From assembly GCF_009914755.1 (NCBI RefSeq), contig NC_060947.1: DNA of 64,000 nucleotides; one strand, 5' to 3'. Positions 27,560 to 41,190 of the stretch are shown here, piece by piece; the first letter of the stretch is position 1; each line of letters starts with the position of its first letter. The notes below the pieces were generated by a model, which ran no database searches, was not told the origin of the DNA, and worked only from the letters and a program-made list of their open reading frames with translations. The translations under genes and the position numbers were made by a program. This stretch comes from the human T2T-CHM13v2.0 reference genome, Homo sapiens.

Positions 27560-28050
27560 CCTTTGTCAGTTTTATTGTGTAACAGACTACCCCAAAACTT
27601 AATGGCCTAAATAATCACTTACTCAATTACTTATGATTGTGTGGGTTGCCAGTTTGGTCTAGGCTCAGCTGAGTGTTTCTTCTGCTTGGGCGAGGGTTGG
27701 CTGATTTGGGCTGGGGCTGCTCATGCACGTGCTGTCAGCAGAAGGATCGACTACAGCTGGTTGGTTTATAATGGTCTTCGTTGGGAAGGCTGGAGTACTG
27801 GGGCCTTTCTTCACATGTTCTTGCATCCTCTAGCAAGTCAGCCCAGGTTTGTTCACATGGCAGTTGTAGTGTTCCAAGAGCTTGAGAGTGGGAGATTTTG
27901 GGCTTCTTGAACTCTAAGCTAGGAATTGCAGTGTTACTTCCGTTGCATTGGATTGGTCAAACAAGTCACTAGACCAGCCCAGATTCAAGGTATACAGAAA
28001 TGGGGTCTTCCTCTTGATGAGAGAATTTGCAAAGCATGGCAGCCAGTATT
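27560..28050 (-). mobile_element. MLT1H-type MaLR LTR
   Basis: TGTCAGTTTTATTGTGTAACAGACTACCCCAAAACTTAATGGC...GACCAGCCCAGATTCAAGG. Confidence 0.7.
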
Positions 28051-29511
28051 GCATTTTATCATGCCCCCATTGGATTGTAACTCCGCGAGAGCAGAACTTT
28101 GGCCCTGGTCCATGGACTGGTGTTTGGAAACTATGGCTCAAAAGCCCAGAACTGTGCTACATTCTGGTCAATCCCATATTCAGTCCTCACTTGGGCTTAA
28201 GTTATTCAAGATGTGGCAATTCCGCCTTTCACATTAACCCACTCTGGAATGCAACCACCAACTGAGAAACTGTCGCTGTAGAGAAAAATTACCCAAGTTG
28301 GAATGGAGAGAGGGGAGGGGGTAATATGAGAAACTTTAAATTGAAGAGTGAGGCTGAAAATCTGTCACGTTCTGTAAGATAAAAATCTTCTCAAAAGGGC
28401 ACATCTGCCAAGACTGCATTTTCACAGGCAGTCTTGACTGGAAACAAGGTCAGCATGAAGCGAGTGTCCTCTCTTCCAGCCAGGCCTTGGGAGGGAGTGG
28501 AGGGATTTTGATGAGGACTAAATTGGATCCCCCAAAGGTGGGGCTCTGTGTCCTATCTAAAGAAAAAAAAAATCTTCTTAAATTGGCTAGAAATGCTAGC
28601 AAGGGCAACCTCATCCTTGCTGTGGAATTAGAATGAAGTTACATAGGATTTTCTCCCTCCTCACACCTGAACTGTTTCAAAGTATACTTCATATTTCAGA
28701 AGCAAGTCGTTAAATTAGTCAGCCCATCAATAAGTACTTAGAGCTGACCTACCATATTTGCAGTGCTGTGCTGAATATCTTGAGGACACCCCAAAGTGGG
28801 GGGATTCTGCTTCAGAGAACTTACTAGGGACACACAGTCCCTGAAGGTGCTAACAGTGGACACTGTCTGCTGGCAGCATTCCTTGCAGCTGGGGCAATGA
28901 GTCTTTCATTGAGGGAGGATTTGGGAGTACAGTTTCACGTCTATCACAACTATCCTTTATTGAGCAATTCAAATGTGTGGACATTCTGCTCAGAGCTTAA
29001 TGTTATTATGCAATTGAGTCTTTATGACAACCCTCTCTTGAGGTGAGTGCCATTAGTATCACATTTTATGAATGAAAACTGAAGCCCGAAGTTATAGGAC
29101 TAATTGGTGGTCAAGCCAAGATTTCAACTCACATTTGTCTCACTCCAGCTAGAACACTATGCTAGCCTTCCAGTATAAGATTACCAGTAGTAAACATAAT
29201 CAGTAGCATTTATTGTATTCTTATCACCAGGCTTTACATGTATTATTTTATTTAATCCCCACCATAGCCTTAGGAAATAAAGTTATTGTGTCCGTTTCAC
29301 ATATGGAAACACAGAAGCACAGGGAGATTAAGTTCATGCCCAAGGTCACAAAGCAGGTCAAGGTGGCCCTGGATTTTCTCATAATTTTAGTAGCTGATGG
29401 TGACCCTCCTGTACCTTCTTGTTCTGGGTGCTGACCTGATTCAGTGGTAGGAGAGCTGCCATTGTTCCACCCACCCACAAGTACCTAAGACACATTAAAA
29501 TGGGAACCATG

Positions 29512-29710
29512 TATAATGGACATTGGAGACTCAGAAGCAGGGAGGGTAGGAGGAGGGTGAGGGATAAAAAAAAAACTACATATTGGGTACAATGTACACT
29601 ACTCAGTTGACAGGTGCACTAAAATCTCAGACTTTACCACTATACAATTCATCCATGTAACCAAAAACTAGTTATACCTCAAAAGCTATTGAAATAAAAA
29701 AAATTAAAAC
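29512..29710 (+). mobile_element. ~200-bp L1PA15/16-like 3' end with 13-bp TSD
   Basis: ATTGGGTACAATGTACACTACTC...CTAAAATCTCAGACTTTACCACTATACAATTCATCCATGTAACC; TSD AATGGGAACCATG at 29499-29511 and 29711-29723. Confidence 0.85.
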
Positions 29711-30351
29711 AATGGGAACCATGGCTTTTTCCGAAAAACCTTCCCACTGACCCCGATCCCATTCCTAGTGGGCCTATCATGGATTTTATTCCTCTTGCTG
29801 CCCTAAATCCCCTCCCTGCTGGAATCTTTACAAGTCTTTTCTTTTGCTCTTTCATTATGGGAGGACGGCTCTGCAGAAATCTCTTCCTTCCCTCTTTGTC
29901 TGTCATGTTTTCCCCTTCTAAGCAGGCTGCAGGGACCAGGGCACACAGCCAAGAAGAGGGAAGGAGACCTTCAAATCCAGGCTGCCGAATGGGCCCTCCT
30001 TAGAAGCTCCTGAGAAAAGAGATCTAGAGCGGCTGACACAGAGGAATGTGCCCGGAATGCAGCAGCCTCCTGTCAGCTTTATTTCGGGCAAATTAAAGCT
30101 GACTGCAGGAGAAGGGGCCAAAGAGACCCAGCCCTTCACACTCTTCTTGGACATAACACCCAGCTTCTATCTTGGAAGATTCCAACTGGACAGGCTCCAG
30201 AAATTACTGCAACTAATGCTGTCATTCTACATAGGATACGACAGAAGCTCAGAGAGCTCAGTGGCTAGTCCAAGGTCACATGGTCCTTTAGTGACAAAGC
30301 CAGGCCTACAGAACCCATACCCAAGTCACTCTTCTTTCCAACCACCTTTCA

Positions 30352-30608
30352 GCAGGGCTTCCAGCCTTCAGACCTTTGGGGACCACCTTCACAATTTTGG
30401 CCACATCCATGAATCATCTGTGCCAATAATTGCTTAAGATTTTCTCAAAATTGACTAATGTTTTAAATAGAAATTATTGAAAAAAGGAAGCTTCACATCA
30501 CCAGTTTGTCCTGGTTTTATGTTTTTTCTAATAAATATACAAAATATAAAATTATATCATTTTGTACCCCACCAGCAGTATGCCTTTCACTTTTTTCGGA
30601 AACCAGGT
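30352..30608. mobile_element. Old hAT-Charlie element (MER112-like)
   Basis: GACCACCTTCACAATTTTGGCCACATCC resembles recalled MER112; degenerate TIRs. Confidence 0.45.
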
Positions 30609-31454
30609 CTCAGAAGTAACCACAATGAGGTATAAGCGTCGCTGAGTTCAAGTTTCTTCTTGGTTACTTCCCAGCTGCAATGTCATGGGCAAGTCACTTC
30701 ACCTTTCTGAGCCTGTTTTCTTAGCTGTGAAATGAGAGTGAATACTAATTCTCACCCCTGCACTTCTTATAGGGTTGTCATGAGAACCAAACATGGGAAT
30801 ATACTTGAAAGAGCTTTATTCATTTAGAGAAGCTAGACCAATAGAAATTTTCATGATTACTCCTCTTAGGAGCTTCACTATTTTCCCATTTACGGTAGAA
30901 ATATTTCTTTGGTTGCCCACTTTCCAAGAGATGTGAAGGTCTCCGGGTGCTGGTCCCACTCTTTTTGAGGACAGAGTGTCTCTGAGCAAATCCCTTATTT
31001 TCACATGCTTATCTGTCCTGTGGGGTTTCTACTCCTCTTTAGTACTCAAGGACATCCCCAGCCAGATGATGAGTGAAGGTCTGGTTTTACATAGTTTGAT
31101 GAACAGACTTTCCTAAACATGTCCAAAGTCTCTAAAGTTAGTGAGAAAAATATCCTAGGAAAGGCTCAGCTGTCATATCCAGCCCTGGCTAGCTCTGGAC
31201 AGAGGAAAGGAAAATGCTGACCTATAGCTAAGAAATCTGGAAAACTGATCTGAATTTCCTGTTATAAAGTACTGAAAGGAGTGTCAGTTTGTAGGCCTTG
31301 TTCACTGAAACTAAAATTTAAGGGTAAATTTCACCAGAGATAACTCATTTTCTGATTTTTTTTTATTATTATCCAGTCTTTGTGTTTAAAGATCTTGAAG
31401 AAAGAGCTTGTTTGGGCTTTTAGATTTATAATGGATTGTCATCAGGGATATGTG

Positions 31455-31695
31455 TGTGTACTATTCATAGCACTTATGTGCCAAGCACTATTCTGGAATT
31501 TTACAAATATTAACTCATTTAATTGTCTCACCAACCTGTGAAGCAGGTACTATTAGTAGCCTCATTTTATAGATGAGGAAACTTAGGCACAGAGTAGTTA
31601 AGTGGCTAGCCCAAGGTCAAACAGCTAGTATTGGGCAGATCTGACATTAAAACCCAGACAATATAATTCCAGGATATCTTTTTAACTACTATACT
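31455..31695 (-). mobile_element. MIR SINE
   Basis: AGCACTTATGTGCCAAGCAC...CTCATTTTATAGATGAGGAAACTTAGGCACAGAG. Confidence 0.8.
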
Positions 31696-31885
31696 ATGTT
31701 ATGAAATATAAACATACTGAAAGTCTAAATTCCATCTTTCAAGGCCTAATTTCAAAGGTTCCTGCTGCTTGAAGAATTTCCTAATCTAACACAAGAGAAA
31801 CCTTCCTTAAACTCCAATTGTGTATTCTCTGTATCTCTCTAAAGGCACATGCCACTTATCTCTCTAAAGGCACATGCCACTTTCT

Positions 31886-32197
<312 letters not shown>

Positions 32198-32250
32198 GGC
32201 ACATGTTACTTTCTAGCTTGCTTTAGAATGATTTTTATTTGTCTTATTTT

Positions 32251-32340
32251 CCTCTCTCTCCTCTCTCTCTCTCTCTCTCTGTCTCTGTGGTGTGTGTGTA
32301 TGTCTGTGTGTCTGTGTGTGTCTGTGTCTGTGTGTGTGTA
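32251..32340. repeat. (CT)n/(GT)n compound microsatellite
   Basis: Direct reading. Confidence 0.85.
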
Positions 32341-32774
32341 TTCCTTAATAGTTATTAGTGCCCTTCACAAAATATTTCTGGCTCTCCACTTCCAGGTGTA
32401 GAGTAGAATTGCATTTCCTTGTCCCCTCCTTTGCTATGGCATAGCCACAGACAATATTTAAGAGAGTGGCTGGTCTATCTGCCCAGGTCCCTAACAGAAC
32501 ATGAAAGGAAGAGTCCTGTCAAGCTATGGCGGACAGGTATTGTGTGCAAGATATAAATGTTTTCTTGTTGTAAGAGATATTTGTTGTTCAAATATTGGGG
32601 CTATTTGTTACCACAGCAAAACCTAACCTACACTGACTGATGTAGTCTAGTTGGTCCCCAGTTTTAGTTGTCAGTATGCCGTATGGGAGATGGACAACTT
32701 CTTAAGAACTGCACAGTTTGGCTTTTGGAAGGGAAAAATTTTAACCAGGGATGGAGGTGGACCTTAACACGAAT

Positions 32775-34660
32775 ATATAAAAGGTATCCATATTGGAAAG
32801 GAAGAAATAGAGTTCATTCTACTTACAGAAGACGTTATTATGTGGAAAATCCTAAAGAATCTACAAGAAAACTCCTAGAAATAATAAGTCAGTTTAGCAA
32901 GTTACAGGACACAAGACAAATACACAAAAATTTACCGTATTTCTATATACTAGCAATAAACAATTGGAATTCACAATTTTACAGTAGCACCTCCAAAAAG
33001 TGAAACATTTAAGTGTTAGTCTAACAACGTATGTGCAGGATCTTTATGCTAAAGGCTACAACACACTGAAGAAATAAACCAAGGAAGGTCTAAACAAATG
33101 GGAACACATACCATGTTCATCCCTCAGAAAATTCAATATTGTTTAGATGTCAGTTCTCCACAAATTGATTTATAAATTCAATGCAATCCTAATCAAAATT
33201 CCAGCAGGATTTTTTTGGGGGGTAGATATGTATAAACTGATTCTAAAATTTACATGGAAAAGGAAATGGACTAAAATAGCCAAAATAACTTTGAAAAAGA
33301 GCAGAGAAGTAACACTATTTAATTTCAATACTTACTATAAAGCCACATTAATCAACATAGTGTGGTATTGGTGAAAGACAGAAACATAGATCAATGAGAA
33401 AGAACAGAAAGTCCAGAAGTTAACCTACTCAAATACAGTCCATTGATTTTCATTAAAGTTGCAAAGGCTTTGCAGTGGAGAAAGAATAATATTTTAAATA
33501 AATGGTGCTGGAACAATTGGACATCCATATGCGAAAAGATGAACCTTGACCCAACTTCACAACTTATACAAAAATTAATCTCAAATGGATCATAGACATA
33601 AATATAAAAACCAGTAAGCTACAAAGCTTTTAGGAAAACAGAGGAGGAAGTCTTTGTGACCCAAGGAGTCCTTAGACACGACACAAAAGACATGATCCAT
33701 AAAATAAAAAATTGATAATAAATTAGATTTTATCAAAATTAAAAATGTCTGCTCTTCAAAAGACATTGTTAAGAGAATGTAAAGACAAGCAGATTGAAAG
33801 AAAATACTTACAAATCACAATTCTGACAAGAACTGATATCCCAAATATACAAAGAACTCTCCAAATTCAGCAATAAGAAAAATGGGCAAATGATTTGAAC
33901 AAACATATCATCAAAGAAGATATATGAATGATAAACAGGTATATTAAAAGAAGCTCACCATCATTAGTCATTGGGGAAATAAAAGTTAAGACCACAATGA
34001 AATACCACTTCACACTTATAATAACTACAATTTTTTAAAAGCAACAATATCAAATGTTGACTAAGATGTACAACAATTGGAGCTCTCATACATTGCTAGT
34101 GGGAGTGTAAAATGTTAAAAACACTTTGGAAAACTGTTAGTGTCTTATAGAGTTAAACCTACATTTACCAGCAATCCCACTTATAAGTATTTGCCTGATA
34201 AATGAAAACATATTCATATAAAAACCTGTACATGAATTTTACAGCAACCTTATTCATAATTGCCCAAAACAAGGAATAACATATATGGCAGGGAATACTC
34301 AGCAATAAAACAAAATGAAATATTGATACTTGCAACAACATGGATTATTCTTAAAGGCCTTCTACTAACTGAAAGAAGTCAGGCCCCAAAGGCAACATAC
34401 TGTGTGATTCCATTTACGTGACACTGTGGAAAAAGGTAAAACAACAGATCAGCACTGAAGAACGCATCAGTGGTTGCAGGGTTTAAGTGTGGGGCAAGGA
34501 GTTGATTACAAAGGGGGCACCTCAAGGGAATTTTTTGGTGTGATAGAACTGCGTCTTGATTATGGTGGTGCTTACAGAACTGTATCATTTGCTCAAGCTG
34601 ATAGGACTGTATGCTACAAAGAGTGAACTTTACTGCATGCAAATTAGAAAATAGATAAAT
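32775..34660 (+). mobile_element. Old L1M: decayed ORF2 3' half and 3'UTR
   Basis: ORFs 32668-33003 and 33147-33374 give L1 ORF2 remnants (YVENPKESTRKLLEIISQFSK; LIYKFNAILIKIP...YYKATLINIVWYW). Confidence 0.88.
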
Positions 34661-35214
34661 AGAAACAACAAGTGCATGTATTATGTGAGCTTGGTACACC
34701 TGCTAATTTTTTTGAAATATCTCTCTCTCTCATTTTGAGTATTTAAATCACTCTGGAATCAGTGCCTGTCAGAGATAGATTCTGCCCCCGACCGCCGATG
34801 TGTGTGCTTGTGTGTGTGCGCGCACGCATGAGCGTGCATGTGTGTTTTCTGTCTCTTTAACTCAAGTTTCCAAGAGAGTGGAAATCATCCATGCTCAAGT
34901 AATTATTTCATCTCCGTCTCTGCATGAGTCACCATTTTGTTAACAGGAGACAGGAAAAGTCTCTGGAGGCATGTTAGCATGAAGTGCTTATCCTGCCTCA
35001 GACTGCAGTGCCAATCTCTCATTTGGTTTCCCACTAAGTATGCCTACTATTGTATCAATTTGCCTCCTCCCAATAATCTGTTGGGTGGAGTAGTCAACTG
35101 GCCCTGCTACATGTCCTGGTGTCCACAGATCCACAGATGAGAAGGAGGACAGGAAAAAAGGGTGGCCTGGTCCAGTGTCCCATGAGGTGAATGGGGGAGC
35201 AATTCTCCCTCATA

Positions 35215-35945
35215 TTTTTTTGAAACTTTAAAATTTTTGGTCTAACATTTAGTTTACACAGTAAAAGGCATAAAGTGTACAAACCCTAAGTGGTTTACTT
35301 GATATAGTTTTGTATATACCCAAATAACCACTACCCACATGAAGGTATAGAACCACTTTCGGCACCCCAGATGGTTCTTCATGCCTCTTTTCACTCAGTA
35401 ATTATCTCCCACTCCTTTCCAGAGGTAACCACTCTTCTGCCTTCTATCACCATAGAATAATTTTGCCTGTTCTCAAACTTCATGTAAGTGGTATTACACA
35501 GTGTGTACTCTTTGTGAGCATGGCTTCTTCTGCTTAACATAACACCTGTCAGATTCATCCATGTTGTACGTATCAGAATTTTATCTGTGTAGTATTCTAT
35601 TGCATGAATATTCAATAATTCTTTACCCACTGTGAACGTTTGAGTTTTTGGCTATTATGAACAAAGCTGCTATGAACATTTTGTGCATGTCCCTTGGTGG
35701 GCATATGCATGCATTTCTCTTGAGTTTATAGATAAGAGAGGTATTACAGGAGATGCATATGTTTAGCTTTTAGTAGACATTACCAAACAGTCTTCTAAAG
35801 CAATTGTATCATTTTGTGTTCCCAGCAGCAATATATGAGAATTCTTGTTGCTTTACACCTTGTCAGCACTTGGTATTGTCAATGTTCTTAGTTTTAGCCA
35901 TTGTGGTGGCTTTGTGGTTGTATCTTATCATGGTTTTAATTTTCC
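35215..35945 (-). mobile_element. L1ME-type 3' fragment
   Basis: CCAGAGGTAACCACTCTTCTG...GATTCATCCATGTTGT...GGCTATTATGAACAAAGCTGCTATGAACATT. Confidence 0.8.
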
Positions 35946-36919
35946 CCTTGAAATATGCATGTGTACCCTTGCTGTTGTCCCAAGGAGGAGAATTTCTGAT
36001 TGGTTTGAGGAATGTGGAATGGGAGTGGCAATGGCAGGTGATGGGATGGTGGGAGAAGCACTTTTGTTAGGAGGGAGGGCTTGTGAATTGTCCCAGCATT
36101 GCAGTCCAAAAGTGGGTAGCATCCATGTGCCTATTTTCCTGAAGGCTGTTCGCTCAGAGGGCTGGCTCGTTATTAACAGGCATACTCATTTCTCCAGGAG
36201 GCTGTGCTTGGGTTATGACAGGCAGAATGTGTCCCTCTCCTAAGCAGATGGGCTGCTTGGAAGCTTTTTCTGGTACTATATGAACTGGTGTGGCATTTCC
36301 AGTCATTTGTTTTCAGAATGACAATGTGTCAGTTTAACCACCACTCCCCTGATACACTTGCCAATTAGAAAAGACAGTGAGAAAACAGCCCAAGAAACAA
36401 TTATTTATCAAGATGGGGGAAACCAAAACTCACTGTCACCTATTTATTTGGTTCGTCAATGACCCTCTAAGCACAGGAACCTCTAAAACACAGGTCCATC
36501 AAGCAGGTGAGCTATCAGTCATTTTACTGTACATTTCCTCAGATCTATTCTGATTTATGGTAGGAAAATAATGGAGAAAACTGGGGATGCATCGACAGTC
36601 CTAAGTGCTCTCTGCGTTCATTTTAGCTGGCCCCAGCCCCGATGCCTGTGATAACCCAAGGAAGAAGTCATCAAATAAACTGACAAACAGCACTCATCAG
36701 CTTGAGAATTGAATACCTAAGTATGAATTCTAACCTGCTACTTGCCAATTGTGTGACCGTAGCATGTTAATTGGTGTTATGGAGCCTCAATTTCTTCTTT
36801 TGTAAGTACAGACCCTAAAGTTCATCTTACAAGGATTTTTTCGGGGGTAAAGATTAGTTGGAACAACAAATATGAAAGTAGGTAACATATCTAATAGGTT
36901 CTCAATATATATTACTGAT

Positions 36920-37530
36920 CTAATAGCCAAAAACAGCTCAGATGTCCTTCTACAGGTGAATGATTAAACAAACCATGGTATGTACATCCCATGAAAAACT
37001 ACTCAACAATAAAAAAGGGACAATGATGCATACAGTACAAACAACTTAAATGAACTTGCAGAGAATTATGCCAAGTGCAAAAACCCAATCTTAAAAAGTG
37101 ACATATTGTATGATTCCATTTATATAATATTTTGGTAATGACAAAATTTTAGAAATGGAAAACAGATTAATGGTTGCCAGTGTTTAAGGATGGGAAGATG
37201 GCTGGGAGGAAGGTGGGTAAGATTAAAAAAGGATTATGAAAGGACTCTGTGGTGATGAAACTGTTTAATATCTTGAGTGTGGTGGTAGATACACAAACCT
37301 ACACACGTGCTCAAATTGATAGAACTAAACACACACACGAGTACAAGCAAAACTGGGGGAATCCAAGTAAGTTCTACAAATTCTTAATATTCTGAATGTA
37401 ATATTGAACTACTTTTGCAAAATGTTACCGTTAGGGGAAACTGGTTAAAGGGCATGTGGACTCTCCCTCTATTATATCTTATGACTTCATCTAAATTGAC
37501 AATTACCTCAACAAAATTTTCAATTAAAAT
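36920..37530 (+). mobile_element. L1MC/MD-type 3' end
   Basis: TATGATTCCATTTATATAATATTTTGG...AACAGATTAATGGTTGCCAG...GGGGAAACTGGTTAAAGGG. Confidence 0.78.
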
Positions 37531-38654
37531 ATTACTGATCTCTTTAAGTGTAACATGGCATGGATTATAAGAAGCACTATTTAATAACAAGCTCAATTTA
37601 ATAATTTAAGACAAAAAATACACTGCCTTATTAAATCTATTTTTAGATTGCAGGACAAATCCTGACTTGAGAACTGTTAAAATGTGGTTGTGAGGGAGGG
37701 AGAAATTGCAAGCTACATTAAGGAAATTTGATAGTTTCTAGCAGCTTCTATTTATCCTCCTTCTTCATGCTCTCTCTTCAGATAACCAAAGTTTTCATTA
37801 AGCCTAATTCCAAAAGGAAGAAAGAACTTCTGGCAAAAGAAGCCACACAAAGCTGTTGTTGACTTAATTCATTTATTTATTTGTTGCTTCTCCCTCGTCT
37901 CTGCCCACCTTTCATGCCCAACTCATCATTAAGCCCTAGAATAATGACTTGTAGACAGTGTGCATTATATATTCGGTGAAGATAATGAAAGGATTTTAAA
38001 GCACGATTGCTGATTAGGGTAATTCCTAAGTTACAGGAATAACAGTCTAATGGTAAAATGTTTAGCACCTTGGCAGTTTGGGATAAAAATCATTTTGGCC
38101 CTGTTCAAATAGCTCAACAGAACCCCCTGCCCACTGTAACCTTATTCACGTACAAAACCCATCCTTTCCCAAATATATGTTCCAAGTTTTAAAAATTGAG
38201 CCTAAAATTGTAAGGGTATGTACACATTGGGAAATGAAATTGTCATTAACACAAATGTGACTTCTGGTGGGTGTTCTAGATCTATCAGCTGATAATTGAT
38301 GATGAGAATTTTGTCTTCTAAATAAGGAGTATTCTTATTCTGTCCTGGGAAGACACTTTAAAGTGTTTTACCTGGTATGTTTGAGGTAATATTTAAAGAT
38401 TTTGCCCTCTGGCTTCAAAATTCCTCTCTTGATAACAATAATTAACTTGAATTAAGGTTTATGCGAAATGCAATAAAAATAACTCAATATTTTAATTATT
38501 GGCAAACCAATTTTCATTTTCTTGAAGTAGAAATAATGAAATAATAGATGCCAACACTCCACTACTTCCCATGATTTTATTATTTTAGATGCGAGGATAA
38601 TGTTTTAAAATATTATCCAAATGTGTTTTCCCTCTTTGGTGGGTAGTTACTAAA

Positions 38655-38705
38655 GGAGGAGGAAGAGGAAGAGGAGGAGGAGAAGGAGAAGAAGAAGAAA
38701 AGAAG
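38655..38705. repeat. (GGA)n/(GAA)n low-complexity purine tract
   Basis: Direct reading. Confidence 0.85.
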
Positions 38706-38948
38706 CACCTGCTGTTCTTCTGCCATTAAGATTATGCAATAAGATGAAGGCCTACTGCCTTGGGAGGAGGAGGTAGATACAGCGTAGGACAAAATAGTCA
38801 TTGCGCAGTTTTAAATTTCAACTAGATTTTTTAAAAACCCTTACTGGGGCAATAGTCTTGAAAGCCAGACTAAAAAAAGAAATAAAGGAGTTTTCCTAGG
38901 ACTCCCAAAGTTGGGCCCCTGTATAATAGAAACCAAAGCTTAGATGGT

Positions 38949-39316
38949 TACTATGGTCTGAATGTTTGTGTCTCCCCAAAATTCATTATGTTGAAACCTA
39001 ATCCCTAATATGATGGTATTAAGAGGCGGGGCCTTTGGGAGATGATTTGTTCATGAGGGGAGAGCTCTCATGAATGGGATTAGTGCTCTTATAAAAGAGG
39101 CCCCAGAGAGCTGCCTTGCTCCTTCCATCATGTGAGGACACATCAAGAAAATGCCATCTTTCAACCAGGAAGTGGACCCTCATAAGACACAAAATCTGCT
39201 GGTATTTTGGTCTTGGACTTTTTCAGCCTCCAGAAATGTGAGAAATAAATGTTCATTGTTTATAAGTGACTTGGTCTGTGGTATTTTCTTATAGCAGCCC
39301 AAAATGGACTAAGACA
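38949..39316 (+). mobile_element. MLT1A-type MaLR solo LTR
   Basis: CTATGGTCTGAATGTTTGTGTCTCCCCAAAATTCA...TATAGCAGCCCAAAATGGACTAAGACA. Confidence 0.88.
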
Positions 39317-40011
39317 AGAGCTGGCCGTAGAAAAGCCATAGAGTAGGAAAAACAGGGACACAGTGAAAGTCAGGGACACTCCTGCACGCTGGAGAGGGAA
39401 CAGCCTTCCAGTTCTTGGAGGTGACACTGGGCACAGAGAAAGGAAGAAGATGCAAGTGTCCCCCTATATTCCCATTCTTTCCATCATCCAAATAGCCCTC
39501 TTTGGGGGCAGAAGTAAGGGGTGGTAGGAACACCCAGCTAGGCTTGGGAGAATCTGAGAGCACTGGGGTAGGTGACCACCTCACCAGGCATATCCTGGAT
39601 TAATACAAGCATTTCAGAGAAACTTGCAACAACATTGTGCCTCCTTCTTGATGGGGAAGAAGCCAAGTAACAGCAGTGGAGAGAGGTACCTCCATAGCCT
39701 CACAGTCTCGCATACTTCAGAGGCAGTAGAGAGTTCCAGGACCCCTAACTGGGGCACAGAAACATTGAGAGGAGAGATGTGTCCAAGAAAGTCTGAGGAC
39801 AAGGAAGCTGTAGAGTTTGGGGACCTCACAATGGAGGCAATGGCAAGGTCTATGATCAATAGCAGAAGATGCCAGCACAATGTCCAGAAACTAGCCATAA
39901 CTCAGTGGAGACCAGGGCAGGATGCCAAATGAGTAGGTGGTCCAGGCTACTCCCAGAGGACAGCAGGAGGACCAGGCCATCTTTCCTCAAATCATAAAAA
40001 TGCACCTTGTT

Positions 40012-40912
40012 GGCTGGGCACGGTGGCTCATGTCTGTAATCCTAGCACTGTGGGAGGCCGAGACAGGCAGATCGCTTGAGCCCCGGAGTTTGAGACCAGC
40101 CTGGGTGTAAGGTACATGGATGTGCTTTGGTCAAGGAATAGGCTGAGGTGGATATCCAGTCCTGCATGACTCAGTGAGTATGGCGCACAGGCACACACCT
40201 CCACTTGCTATATAACTTGTTTGTGTAAGTTCATGCTTGGCTCTGAGCCACTATTGTCTGTAAAAGATATAATTGCCCTGCTAATGCTGTATAGGGGTTC
40301 TTGGGGCTCGGCTTAGCTCAACATGGCTTGACATGGTAGGCATGCTGGTGCCCAGAGAAAGAGAGAGAGAGAGCCAAAGCTGTCCATCTTGCAGATGGAC
40401 AGGAGGGAGCCAGGACACAGCTCGGTTTGCTCATGCTCAGAGACAGAAAGAGTTAAGCTCCTAACCCTGAAGGCAAGGGAGAGCCGGCCATGCAGCTGCA
40501 GGCATGGGGGCAGCAGAAGCCGCATAACCAGAGCAGACAGCTGAGATAAAGGTGGACAGTGTGAGAGAGCTAGTGTAAGTAAGCTATTGATGAGAGCTGC
40601 TGCTGAATGAAACTACATTTCACCTGCCTACAGCCCCCCAAGTGTTATTTCTGCCCATCCGCTCACTCCCTCGGACTTCAGCATGGGCTGGACCTGGACC
40701 CCTGGATCTGACACCGGGCAACATGGCAAAACCCCATCTCTACTAAAAATACAAAAAAATTAATCAGGCATGGTGGCATGTGCCCATAGTCCCAGCTACC
40801 CGGGAGGCTGAGGCAGGAAGTCGCTTGACCCTGGGAGGTTGAGGCTGCAGTGAGCCATGATCACACCACTGTACTCCAACCTGGGTGACAGAGCGAGACC
40901 CTGTCTCAAAAA
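40012..40912 (+). mobile_element. AluJ SINE split by an LTR insertion (Alu parts 40012-40105 and 40714-40912)
   Basis: Alu reads continuously across the insertion: GAGACCAGCCTGGG | CCGGGCAACATGGC. Confidence 0.93.
40106..40713 (+). mobile_element. ERVL solo LTR, LTR18-family
   Basis: TG...CA termini, 608 bp, 5-bp TSD CTGGG/CCGGG; start TGTAAGGTACATGGATGTGCTTTGGTCAAGGAATAGG matches recalled LTR18. Confidence 0.82.
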
Positions 40913-41190
40913 TATTTTTTTTAAATGGACCTAGTAACCATATTGGGAAAAAGAGGGGGAAGAATTTTTGATAGATAGGGAAAAGTCAGAAAAACAGTAC
41001 ACTTGAAAGAAGCAATTAAAGCTAAGAAACTGAGATGTCTATAGTTAGCACCATCAATACGGACGGGAGCTCAAGAGCAAGAAATAAAGTTATATTTCTT
41101 TATGCCCCAGTTGGTGAGTTTTAAATTTTGACACTAGTATACATTTTTTTAAAAAGTATAGTTTATTCAAAGTAGAATGGGGGAAAGGGA

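Noticed and set aside
34795-34845. Alternating purine-pyrimidine tract with CpGs (Z-DNA-like)
   Set aside because: Short degenerate (TG)n microsatellite; common, not a CpG island
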